A stretch of DNA of 64,000 nt from an uncultured delta proteobacterium (lineage in GTDB: Bacteria; Myxococcota_A; Polyangia; Fen-1088), in NCBI GenBank assembly GCA_963737265.1, contig CAVTRY010000013.1:224001-288000 (forward strand), in the 5' to 3' direction. The position numbers and the translations under genes are program-made. Every line of letters starts with the position of its first letter. Within the stretch, counting starts at the first letter, position 1. The notes under the pieces were generated by a model. The model did not search any database and had not been told where the DNA came from. It saw nothing but the letters and a program-made list of their open reading frames with translations. Of the stretch, positions 50,201 through 60,033 are shown piece after piece.

Positions 50201-51581
50201 GCTTGTTGGCCTGCTCCTCGATGAATGAACCGGTGCCGGCGGCGCACACGTAGTTCATGTTGGCGTCGCGGATGTGGCCATCCACGATGTGCATGTACTT
50301 GGCGTCCTGGCCGCCGATTTCGAAGATGGTGTCGACCGCGGGATCGGTGAACGTCGCGCCGGCTACGTGCGCGCTGATCTCGTTGACGATGGAGTCGGCG
50401 CCGATGACCTCGCCGACGATCTTTCGCCCGCTGCCGGTGGTGGCCACGCCCAGAATCTCGATGCGCGTACCCTTCTTGCGTTCGAGCTCGCGCAGGGCAC
50501 GGAAGAGCTTCTGCGAGGCGCCGACCGGATCGCCCGAGGTTTTGCGATAGATGTCGACCTTGAGGTCGTCCTTTTCGTCGATGAGAGCCAGCTTGGTGCT
50601 GGTCGAGCCGATGTCGATGCCGAGGTAGACACGCAAGATCTGGCCCGCCGGCCACGACACCACGCGAACCTCGTTGTTGTCGGCGTCGACGTACGCCTCG
50701 GCGCTGGCGAAACTGGGATAGGTGGACTTTTCCAGCGTCAGCGGCCAGTCGTGGTACTCGACGTCGTTGCTGGTGGCGATGCGATGAATGGCCTCGCGCG
50801 AGGGTAAGTGCTTGGGCACGCTGCCGCGGGTCGCGGCGCCCATGGCGGCCACCAAATGAGGCTGAGAAGGCGTGCGCAAAAGGCCGGGATAGGCCGCGTC
50901 CAGCCAGCGCAAGACCTCGCGGTTCAAGGCCACGCCACCGATAATCGCCGTGGGCTTGTCGAGCGGCTTGGCGCGCAGAAGGGTGCCGATAAGGGTGCGG
51001 GTCATGCCGCGACACAGGCCCGACCACATCGCGGCCTTGCTGTAACCTTCCTGCTGACGGTGGATGAGATCGCTCTTGGCGAACACCGAACAGCGAGTGG
51101 CGATGGAAGGCGGTTCTGCGACCGATCCCACCAGGGTCGGGTCGTCGTAGGAAATGCCGAGGCGCGCGGCCTGCTCGTCGAGAAACGAGCCGGTGCCGGC
51201 GGCGCACATGGAGTTTGTGGCATAGTTCTGAAAATGTCCCTGGTCATCGAGCTGCACCAAGGTGACGGAGCCGCCGCCGATGTCGATGATGTTGGTGACG
51301 TCGGGAAACTGGGCCAGCACGACCGCGATCTGACAGGCTGCGAGATCCTGGCGCGGGACTTCGAAGGACTCGCAGAACCTGGCCGAGTTGGAGCCGCAGA
51401 ATCCGATTGAATCGCCAGCCTTCACCGACAGTTCGGCGAGTGCGCTTTCCAAGATTTTGGCGGGCTCGCCGCGATGCCTGGCGTAGAAGGACTTGACGAC
51501 TTCGCCATCCGCGCCAAGTCTCACCGCCTTGAGTGACACCGCGCCGATATCGATGCCAATCTTCCCTGGGTTTTCCTTCAT
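47262..51581 (-). CDS. Acyl-CoA dehydratase activase-related protein (two BadF/BcrA ATPase domains + DUF2229 + dehydratase-like domain)
   Basis: GIDIGAVSLK, CAAGTGSFL, RCSVFAKSD, GIDIGSTSTK, FEIGGQD, CFPAKL, NFSCGPDS, GPCRFGQY, PFGCMP. Confidence 0.9.
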   Translation of the reverse strand: MKENPGKIGIDIGAVSLKAVRLGADGEVVKSFYARHRGEPAKILESALAELSVKAGDSIGFCGSNSARFCESFEVPRQDLAACQIAVVLAQFPDVTNIIDIGGGSVTLVQLDDQGHFQNYATNSMCAAGTGSFLDEQAARLGISYDDPTLVGSVAEPPSIATRCSVFAKSDLIHRQQEGYSKAAMWSGLCRGMTRTLIGTLLRAKPLDKPTAIIGGVALNREVLRWLDAAYPGLLRTPSQPHLVAAMGAATRGSVPKHLPSREAIHRIATSNDVEYHDWPLTLEKSTYPSFASAEAYVDADNNEVRVVSWPAGQILRVYLGIDIGSTSTKLALIDEKDDLKVDIYRKTSGDPVGASQKLFRALRELERKKGTRIEILGVATTGSGRKIVGEVIGADSIVNEISAHVAGATFTDPAVDTIFEIGGQDAKYMHIVDGHIRDANMNYVCAAGTGSFIEEQANKLGYKVADVGAAVLGVKPPRATDRCTVFMEQDVARFIEGGATREEALAAVLVAVAKNYLNKVVGNRHYSRKRIMFQGATARNKALVAAFERILGVEVVVSPYCHVMGAFGVARLARQFMAEMGVTKSRFHGLDLESRKVSLRKETCELCQNDCSITFAEIEGVEDVPAPSWGYMCGRDPGEQKVRKSPHDRALRLRQRLWRESGAGVKVADDARTVGIPQSLITYTYYPMWQRFFNTLGYKVQLSGQTTDEVREMGTRMAGADFCFPAKLALGHVAKLATQEGVDFVFVPHVKNTPANEETTGTTVCPYVQGTAAASRTALLMNHIDASRVLTPLVDMRMRERDIIKTLGDGLSRQLGRSARQIKKAWHAGLEAQAAFESRCHEEGAKMMADAESKDEKLILLVGRPYNIYDAGANLGLPQKIADLGRTVLPMDFIKPDLSRLGERYRNAFWSYGQKILAVLEMAAESKTMDVVYLTNFSCGPDSFLLSYAEEIMGNRPLLMLELDEHGADAGYMTRLEAFFDVLRRPRPPRGPRTPARPEASDMRDRIIWLPPMHLFGTRLFAAAFRSHGYDARMLPDENKESFELGRSLTRGSECLPCALTLGVFLKTLREQPRGGKHAFFMPSSKGPCRFGQYTVLHRQILDREGLGDEVAILAPASNNAYQGLDGIMRRTLFKAIACADILLKAQCKVRPYEVKIGETDRVVNEGADALAKTIEANGDIAATLRTAIEKIAAIETAGPRKPLVGVVGEIYVRNNTFANEDVIGAIETFGGEAWMLPITDWVIYTSSMENFKEEFPSTIFSWEKADTFITYHWMKHWEEKLMKAASPFLDDRHEPPFQEYLELATPYIPFYLGGEGKLSVGRAIKFAQQGAAMVVNCAPFGCMPETVATAITGRLSADVDMPIVSLFYDGSGGQNRRLEVFLNNAVRGRRGMAALSDGPSAPPSMGLSNRDRLVPAKNLLSRVREGSGGAARVDDRG

Positions 51582-51714
51582 TACTGCCTTTCCCCGGAAT
51601 CAGATGCAGGTGTCCATCGGTGGGGCCGATGCCTACCACGGATAGACCGGATTCGCTAACCCGAAGAGCCGACCGGTCCGCCGGACTGCTTTGTTGCTAC
51701 ACTTGCCGCCGCAC

Positions 51715-52566
51715 ATGATCGGCACCTACCCCAACCTGACCGAGCTGACCCTCGCGGATCGGCCACTGCTCGACCCTTTTTTTCACCAGCTTCGCGACGG
51801 GCTGTCGGAACTGACCTTTGCCGGCATCTACTGTTTTCGCGAAGCGCATGCCTATCGCATCGGCCAACTTGTCGACGGGACCTACATCCTAGCCGGCGCC
51901 GACAAGGGCAAGACTTTCTTCGTGTGTCCGTTCGGTCTGCCGCGCCCCGATATGCTGGCCGGCCTTTTCGCGGTTTTTTCCAGCATGAAGCTGGTCACCG
52001 AGACACAGTCCGACCGCCTTCGCGCGGCCGGTTACGAGGTGACCGAGGATCGCGACAACTTCGACTACCTTTACCACCGCGAAGACCTGGCCAGTCTGTC
52101 CGGCCGCGCCCTGCAGAAGAAACGCAATCTGGTCAATTTCTTCCTCAAGGAAAATGCCTACCAGGCCCATCCGCTGTCCAACGAGCGTTTGGCCGATGCG
52201 CTGGCGGTGCTCGAAGCCTGGCGCAGCCACAGCCGCGATCCGGCGGACTACGCTCCGGCGCGCCAAGCCCTCATCCACGCGGGCGAATTCGGTCTGCGCG
52301 GGGCGGTTTACTATGTCGAAGGCGAGCCGGCGGGCTACACCCTTGGCGAAGAGGTGCGCGACGGCGCGATGTTCGTCGTGCACTACGAAAAGACCATTCC
52401 GGACATGAAGGGACTCTACCAGCTCATCAACATGGACTTCGCGCGCACCCTGCCGGCCACATGCGTCCTCATCAACCGCGAGCAGGACCTCGGAGATCCC
52501 GGGCTGCGCCAGTCCAAGCTGACCTACCGTCCCCACGCCTTCGTGAAAAAATACCGAGCGCGCTAG
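51715..52566 (+). CDS. DUF2156 (aminoacyl-PG synthase C-terminal-like, GNAT fold) protein
   Basis: SELTFA, DRDNFDYLY, L.G....KKRN, INREQDLG.PGLRQSKLTY.P. Confidence 0.85.
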   Translation: MIGTYPNLTELTLADRPLLDPFFHQLRDGLSELTFAGIYCFREAHAYRIGQLVDGTYILAGADKGKTFFVCPFGLPRPDMLAGLFAVFSSMKLVTETQSDRLRAAGYEVTEDRDNFDYLYHREDLASLSGRALQKKRNLVNFFLKENAYQAHPLSNERLADALAVLEAWRSHSRDPADYAPARQALIHAGEFGLRGAVYYVEGEPAGYTLGEEVRDGAMFVVHYEKTIPDMKGLYQLINMDFARTLPATCVLINREQDLGDPGLRQSKLTYRPHAFVKKYRAR

Positions 52567-53114
52567 ATCATGAACAACCCGTAGAGCAGGTATCCCAGGC
52601 CGCCCGTGCCGAGGGCGGCCGAGGCCGCCCACATGGATTTTCGCTTGGTGATCATGCAAACGGACGCCAGCGCGATGGCGATTTGCAGAGCGGCGATGCC
52701 GGTCCCAAGCGGCGGCCCGTGCTTGGCGGCGTCGTCGCGTTCCGCCTCGTGGCCCTTGGCCATCGCCTGAATCTCGTCCTGCTCTTGTTGGTATTTTTCC
52801 ACGCGCTTCTTGGCGTCGGCCTGAACGTCGGACGTGCCGAGGCGGCTTTCCATCTCAGCCAGCGAACGCTTGATGCCCTTGGCTTGAAAAAACGCCCATT
52901 CGTCGGAAGCCTTGGCCTGGCTGAGCAGCACCTTGCTGCCGTAGCCACCCGACTTTAGGCTGCCGTAGGCCGTGATCACGGCGAGAAACACGATCATCAG
53001 GGAAACGTATTTCGTCCACGAGTCGCGCTTTTCCTTGTCCTTGGCCGCCCGTCGGTCTTCGTGGATAGCTTTGATGAGCGAGCCAATTTCGTCGTGTTGC
53101 GATTGATTTTCCAT
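52563..53114 (-). CDS. DUF4337 family membrane protein
   Basis: ASDEWAFFQAKGIK, LQIAIALASV. Confidence 0.8.
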   Translation of the reverse strand: MENQSQHDEIGSLIKAIHEDRRAAKDKEKRDSWTKYVSLMIVFLAVITAYGSLKSGGYGSKVLLSQAKASDEWAFFQAKGIKRSLAEMESRLGTSDVQADAKKRVEKYQQEQDEIQAMAKGHEAERDDAAKHGPPLGTGIAALQIAIALASVCMITKRKSMWAASAALGTGGLGYLLYGLFMI

Positions 53115-53329
53115 GAATTAGCCTCGTCAGGTGTGCGCGTCACGCCTACAGTGGGGTATACTCCGTCCCCATTGCTGGCGGTCGTCCTGGTTCGTTGCGG
53201 GTCTTTGATAGAAGTTTTTGGGCACTTTCCTTACGTTGCATGTCACCGCCGGGTAGTGAGGTGTGCAACTTGGTGGTCTCTGGTGTTCCGTGTACGACCA
53301 GTTGGCCGTGAAGCTCGAAGGGAGATCGC

Positions 53330-56300
53330 ATGAACCTATTGCCTGAAGCTCTAGTCGAACGCCTCAAAAATCGCCAGGCGGTTTTGGTGACGGGCCTTGG
53401 GTGTTCCGGGTTGGCGGGCTTTCCCGCCTGGCCCGCGCTGTGTGGGCACCTGGCCGACCGGATCGAGAGCGAAGCCGACAAGCAAGCGGTGTTCGAGCTG
53501 CTGCACGCGGGCTCACTTGCCACCGCGACGGCGCTAGTCCGCGACCTCGTGCCCGAAAAAGCCCTGGTCGAGGTCCTGCGTGATGCGTACCCGATGAGCG
53601 CACCGGTCCCCGAAGCTATCCGGGCGGCCGCGCGCGCGCACTGGCGGGGCATCATCACCACCGCCCTCGATGCGCTGTGGACGTCTGCGCTGGCTGGGGA
53701 TGCCGAGGTCGCGAATCGCATGGTCTTTGCCGGCAACGCCGCCGCGCTTGACAGCGGCCGCGGTCGATTCCTCGTCCAGCTTTTCGGACGCACCGATGTA
53801 CCCGCGTCGCTGTGCCTGGCGCCGTTCGAAGTCGGCCCCAAGATCGTAGCCACCGGCGCCGCCAAATACCTTGAAAACCTGCACAAGAAGTGGTCGTTCG
53901 TCTTCGTCGGCTTCGCGCCGAACGATCCCGATCTCAACTTGCTCGCCGGTCGGATCCTGGGCGCCAGCCCGTCCACCAGCCAGCACTTCTTCGTCGCGCA
54001 CGATTTGCAGCCCATCGACGCCTACCGGGTCAAAGCCGAATTCGGCTTGGTGCCCGTATCCGTCGCGGGTGGCCTCGAGGATGTCCTCAAGGCTGTCACG
54101 CAGGGTTGTGCCCTGGCCGGCGCTAGACCCGCCGCCGACGACGCCGAGGCGTGGCTTGAGCGACTGACCGCCGATCCCGACGACAGCGAAGCCGACGCGG
54201 CACTGGCGCGAGGCTTGGCCAAGTTGCGCGAACACAAGGAATGGGAGCGCCTGGTCGGCGTTCTGGTCGGTCGCGCCGAGCACAAGCACGATGCCAAGGA
54301 TCAGGCCGCCGATCTTCACGCCGCCGGGCTCGTGCTCGACCAGGAGCTCGCCGCCGCGGATAGAGCCCATCCCGTGCTGATGATGGCCCTGCACTTGACC
54401 CCGAACGACGCCGCCCTGTTGGCCGATGCCAAGCGGGTAGCCGACAAGGCCGGCCAGGCGAGCGAATTCCTGCACGAGCTGCATGAGATCGAAAGAGAGT
54501 CCGCCGGTTCGCCGCACTCCGATCCCGTGGCCCTGGGACTGGCCCGGCTGCTCGCCGAAGATCCCGCCCGGCGCGACGAAGCCGTCACCGCATTTGAGAA
54601 GGTGCTCGCCCGCGATCCCAGTCATGCCGAGGCCCTGGAAGGCCTGGAGGCTATCTGGCGCAAGGCCCAACGCTGGGACGCCCTGCGCGCACTGTACGAG
54701 AAGGCCATCGAGCGCGATCCGGCCAACGCGGCGGTGGCGGAAAAGCTGGAAGACATCTACGAGCGAACCGGCGAGAGCGCCCAGCTCATCGAGCTTTTGC
54801 AAGCACGGCTGGCCCGCAATCCCGGCGAAGCCCGCGGCCACGCCAAGCTCGAGGCCCTGTACGAGAAGACGCAGCGCTGGCAGCCGCTCGGCGCCCTGTA
54901 TGAACGCCTGCTCGGCAAGAATCCCGGCGACCTCGACACCCGGACCAAACTTGAAGCGCTGTATAGGAAGACACAGCAGTGGCAGCCGCTCGGCGCTCTG
55001 TACGAACGTCTGCTGGCCCAGGCTCCGGACGACAGCGAGGTGCTGGACAAGGTGGAAAACCTCTACCGCCAAAGCGAGCAATGGCGGCCACTCGCCGACT
55101 TGCTCGAACGCCGCGCGGCCACCAAGACACCGGCCGAGGCCCGCACCCTGCGTCTCGAGCGCGCCACGATTCTGCTTGAAAAGTTGAAGGACAGCGATGC
55201 CGCCCTGGCCGTGGCGAGCTCGTTCCTTGCCAGCGACGGGGCGGCGGCGGAGGAGATTTTCGCCAAGTGCCTCGACCGCGATCCGGGCAATCCGACTGCG
55301 CTGCTGGCACTGGCCGAAAGCGCCCGCGCCAAGGGCGACTACTTGCGCGCGGCCAAGTTCACCCTCGACAGCGCCGAGCGCACGCAAAACCCACTCGAGC
55401 TTGGACGCCTGCTTGCCGACGCCGGCACGCTCTACCTCGATCGCCTGAACGACGAGGCCAAGGCCGTCGAGCTCTTCGAGCGCGCGTTGGCCGCGGATCC
55501 GGAGCAGGCGACCGCCGCCGCGCGACTGCTGTCGCTGAGCGAAGCTCGCGAAGAATGGGCTGCCGTCGAGCCCTTGCTGGACTTGGTGCTGCGCAAAACC
55601 GACGACAGCGATCCGGCGAAGAAAATCGACCTCTACCAGCGCGTGGCACGTTGCGCGCGCAAGCTCGGTAAATTCGACAAGGCAGTCGCGGCCCTGACCT
55701 CGGCCACCAAGCTCGATCTCACATCGCCAAAGCTGGCACGCGACCTAGCCGATTCGCACTTCGAACGGGGAGCCTGGACCGAGGCACGCGCCGCCTACGA
55801 GAACACGCGGCAGGTGCTTGGCGACAACGGAACCGCCGCCGAACGGGCTGGCCTGCTCGAACGGCTGGCGAATTGCGCGATCCAGACCGACGACCTCGAC
55901 GCGGCCTTGCGCTTCTACGAGGAAGCCCTGGCGCTAGAGCCCGAGAAGCGCGACGTGCTCGAAGAAGATCGTCGACCTGCGCACCGTGCGCGGCGACTGG
56001 AAGGAGCTGCTGGCGCTCAAGCGGCGGCTCCTGCCGCTGGTGGACGACGCGGAGAAAGCGAAAATCGTCGAGGAGATCGGCGATGTGATGCAGGAGAAAC
56101 TCGACGACTGGCCGGGCGCCATGGATGCGTATCGCCAGGCCCTGATCTTCCAGCCCGATCGGCGCCAGACGCTGTATAAGACGCTCGAATACCACACCGT
56201 CGAACGCGAGTGGCCCTTGGCCATCGCAACCTTGCAGAGGCTGGCCGAGCTTGAAGGCGACCCGCTGGCGCGCGCGAAATGCAACTACGCGATGGCGGCC

Positions 56301-57761
56301 ATCTACCGCGACGAAGAGAAGGACTCGGCCAAGGCCAATGCGCTTTTCACCAAGGTTCTCGACGACAGTCCGCTTTACCCCAAGGCATTCGATGCCATCG
56401 AGAAGATCCTGGTCGAGAACAAAGACCTCAAGGAGCTTGAACGCGCCTACCGCAAGCAGATCAAGCGCCTGCCGGCGGAGGCGTCGGTCGATGCCAAGCT
56501 GCGCCTGTGGGACGGTCTCGCCGAGGTGGCGCTCAAGCAGCGCGACAAGGAGAGCGCGGCGCTGACCATGGAAGTCGCGCTTTCGCTCGATCGCGCGAAC
56601 ATGGCCCGCCAGGAACAATTGGCGAAGCTGTACTTCGACATGGGGCCGTCGGCGGCGGACAAGGCCATCGCGCAGCACCAGTACCTGATTTCCAAGAAGC
56701 CCGACCGCCTGGACTCGTACAAAGCGCTGGCATCCCTATACTTCCAGGCTGGCGCGCACGACAAGATGTGGTGTGTGGCGGGCTCCATGACCTGTTTGGG
56801 TAAGGCCGACCCGCCACTACAAGCCCTGTACGAGAATTTCCGGCCCACGCAAATTCCACCTGCCAACAGCAAGCTCAATGAGGAGCTGTGGCGCAAGATC
56901 CTTCATCCCGACGAGGATCCGTATCTCGGCGCGCTCTTCGCGCTGTTATCGCCGGCCATCGCCATGTCCAGCGCGCAGCCGCGCAAGATGCTGGGGCTGG
57001 ACCGCGACGCGCGCGTGGACGTGACGACCGATGCCTGGCCGCACTCCGCGTCCTTGCGCTATGTCGCCAATTCCATCGAGGCGACCTTGCCCGATGTGTT
57101 CATCAAGAGGGACGCGCCTGGCACGATTAGCCTCGTCAACCTCAAGGACAAGAACACCCTCGCCCCGGCGCTGGTCATCGGCATTGGCTTCCAGCAACTG
57201 GCCTCGCACAGCGAGGTGATCTTCGATTTCGCCAAGCGCATGGTTCTGCTGCGTCCCGAGCGCTTCCCGCGTTTCGCTCTCGGTACGGGCGCGGCACTGG
57301 AGATCGCCGTGCGCGCCGGCCTGCAGTTGGGGGGCGCCCCGATTGGCAAGGGCGATCACGGCACCCTGGTGGACAAGATGGCCAAGAAGATCGACGGGCT
57401 GCTGTCGACGCCCCTGCGTGCCGAGCTCAAAGGCGTGGCCAAGCGCTATGTCGAAGCGCGCGGCGACAAGATAGACATTCCGGGCTGGATTATCGCTTCG
57501 GATCTGACCGCTTCGCGCGCGGCCCTCGCCCTGTGCGGCGACATCGTCGCGGCGGCGCGCGTGCTCGCGCTTGAGCCCTCGGGACAAAGCCCGCTCACCG
57601 TTCAAGAACGGACGAACGATCTCCTGGCCTACTTCACCAGCGACGATCACTTCACCGTGCGCGCCGCCTTGGGCATGCAGGTCAACCTGACGCCGGCAAG
57701 CGAGCCGGGAGCGCCACAAAAGCGCCGCATGAGCCCGATACAGATCAAGGCCCAGCCCTAA
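53330..57761 (+). CDS. Large SIR2-like (degenerate) + TPR-repeat protein, about 1476 aa after repairing a +1 frameshift near 55962
   Basis: N-terminal VLVTGLGCS..G.P.W, IITTALD, VQLFG, FVFVGF...DPD; many 34-aa TPRs; VLE-KIVDLRTVRGDWKE joins the two ORFs. Confidence 0.75.
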
Positions 57762-57973
57762 TCGCCAATCCAGAACCGGCAATTCGGACCGGGCGCGGTC
57801 TATTTAATGGGCCGCCCGAGCAAGGAAACGTGGCCGAGAACGCTACGTTTCCGTCATGTATCGTTAGTGGAAAAGTGCCGCAAACTCTGACCAGTGGCTA
57901 TTGCAATAGGCGTCGCAAGTTGCTTCCCTACCTTTGCACACTGTTCATAGGAAAAGAGGAGAAGGAGAAACCA

Positions 57974-59182
57974 ATGCGACTTTTGTCCACGGTCTTTACG
58001 CTCTGTACGGTCTTCCCCATGGTGGCGAGTGCCCAAGAAGCCGCCCCCGCCCCAGCACCTGCTGGCATGCCGCCAGCGGCAGCACCCGCTCCCGCTGCCG
58101 CCGTGGTCGCGGCACCAGCGGCAGCCCCCGCCCCAGCGACGCCGCCACCCGTTGCATTTGGGTGGGAGGCGCTGGTTGACGCCTACTACATGTACAACTT
58201 TACGGGCGATCCCAAAACGCAGGCGCCACTCGGCCGTCAGTTCGACACTACCGCGAACAACTTCGCGCTTAGCTACGCCAAGCTTGGTGTGCACGCGGAC
58301 ACCGATTTGGTTTCGTTCCGTTTGGACTTTGGCGGGGGGCACACGGCTGCGATTATCAACGCCGCAAGCGGCGGGAGCTCGGCACCAGCAACGGCGACGG
58401 CGGCGACAGACACTACTTCGCTCTACGGAAACGGTTTCCTGATCCAGCAAGCCTTCGCTACCGTTAAGCCTACCAGCTATCTGACAATCGACGCCGGCAA
58501 GTTCGTGACCTCGGCGAGCGCCGAGGTCATCGAGACCAATAAGAACTGGCTCTACAGCCGCTCGTTGCTCTTCACCGGTGTTCCTCTGCTGCACACCGGT
58601 TTGCGCATCAATGGGACCGTGAATCCAGCACTGACCTTGTCCCTTCAGCTTGTCAATGGCTGGAACAACGATCCAGACATCAACTCGGATAAGACCTTTG
58701 GCTTTAACGCAACCTACGCACCCCCTAATCAGGGATTGACCGCTGGCTTTACAACATATATCGGCGACGAAGGCGGCGCCGACGGCACTAAGACCCGCAT
58801 TCTGCTTGACGCCGTATTCTCAAAGGACATTGGCAACCTCTCGGTTGGCGCGAATGTCGACTATCTAAAGCACGACACGGCCTGGTGGTTCGGCGTTGCG
58901 GCAATGGCACGTTTCATTCTTTCCGATGCCTTTAACGTTGCCGCGCGAGCCGAGTACCTGACGAGCAAGAAGGATGGTTATTTTGCTCCGGATCCGGCGG
59001 CTGGCCCGTCTGATGCGTCTCTGTACGAGATTACTGGTCAGGGCGCATGGACCGTTGGCAAGCACTACGAGCTGCGCCTCGAATTCCGCGCCGACCTGTG
59101 CGACAAGGATGTGTTCGAAAAGGGAACTACGCCCAGGAAGAATCAGGTCACCGGCCTGCTCGGTGCGCTCGCCTATTTCTAG
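57974..59182 (+). CDS. Outer-membrane beta-barrel porin (BBP2/DUF1597-like)
   Basis: RBS AGGAGA, signal peptide, VDAYYMYNF, IQQAF, DAGKF, NWLYSRSLLF, HTGLR, VNGW, terminal YF; upstream of P-II. Confidence 0.82.
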   Translation: MRLLSTVFTLCTVFPMVASAQEAAPAPAPAGMPPAAAPAPAAAVVAAPAAAPAPATPPPVAFGWEALVDAYYMYNFTGDPKTQAPLGRQFDTTANNFALSYAKLGVHADTDLVSFRLDFGGGHTAAIINAASGGSSAPATATAATDTTSLYGNGFLIQQAFATVKPTSYLTIDAGKFVTSASAEVIETNKNWLYSRSLLFTGVPLLHTGLRINGTVNPALTLSLQLVNGWNNDPDINSDKTFGFNATYAPPNQGLTAGFTTYIGDEGGADGTKTRILLDAVFSKDIGNLSVGANVDYLKHDTAWWFGVAAMARFILSDAFNVAARAEYLTSKKDGYFAPDPAAGPSDASLYEITGQGAWTVGKHYELRLEFRADLCDKDVFEKGTTPRKNQVTGLLGALAYF

Positions 59183-59584
<402 letters not shown>

Positions 59585-59608
59585 CCGCCAGGTTGGTTTG
59601 CCGGAGCC

Positions 59609-59998
59609 ATGATGTCTGGCGAGAACGAGTATTCCGTGAGCGAAATGACCGACCTTTCGCCGCGCACAGTTCGTCGTCACGACGACGCGGCACGATTTAT
59701 CGAACGCTTCGCGGTCCTGACCGGACTTCGCGTGAATTCCACCAGCGTGGAAGGCCTGCCGCGCGAATTTCTTGGGCGCACAGTCCCCGCGCCCGATCTT
59801 TTGGTACGCCAGTACGGCTACGAATTGGAGCCGCGCACGCACAATGCCCTGTGCCGCTACGAGCCCGGCCGGCGCCCCGAAGACCGCTGGACCTACGGCC
59901 GCCTGCTCGAAATTCGCGGCTTCGGCGTGTTTTCACTCCTCGATTTGCTCGAAGTCATGGCCAAGCACGGCATCTCGGCGACCGGATCCGACCCTTGA
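59609..59998 (+). CDS. Hypothetical protein with RNA polymerase alpha-CTD-like helix-hairpin-helix segment
   Basis: ELEPRTHNAL...LLEIRGFGVFSLLDLLEVM parallels ELSVR..N.L...LL..RNFG.KSL.EI. Confidence 0.55.
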   Translation: MMSGENEYSVSEMTDLSPRTVRRHDDAARFIERFAVLTGLRVNSTSVEGLPREFLGRTVPAPDLLVRQYGYELEPRTHNALCRYEPGRRPEDRWTYGRLLEIRGFGVFSLLDLLEVMAKHGISATGSDP

Positions 59999-60033
59999 CG
60001 TAGCCCGTTTCTCGCCGGAGGCTGTGCCGGCGC

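Noticed and set aside
48565-51207. Long alternative-frame and antisense ORFs (e.g. 880 aa here, 613 aa at 5889-7730, 550 aa at 60040-61692)
   Set aside because: Shadow ORFs expected from high GC3 codon bias; Arg/Ala/Gly-rich with no motifs, overlapping well-supported genes.
53330-54150. Active anti-phage sirtuin (DSR/Thoeris-like) system
   Set aside because: Catalytic Asn and His are absent and there are no partner defence genes; kept only as a pseudo-SIR2 finding.
57880-57930. Sigma54 promoter upstream of porin-glnB
   Set aside because: Candidate GG and GC dinucleotides are 9 or 11 bp apart, not the required 10.
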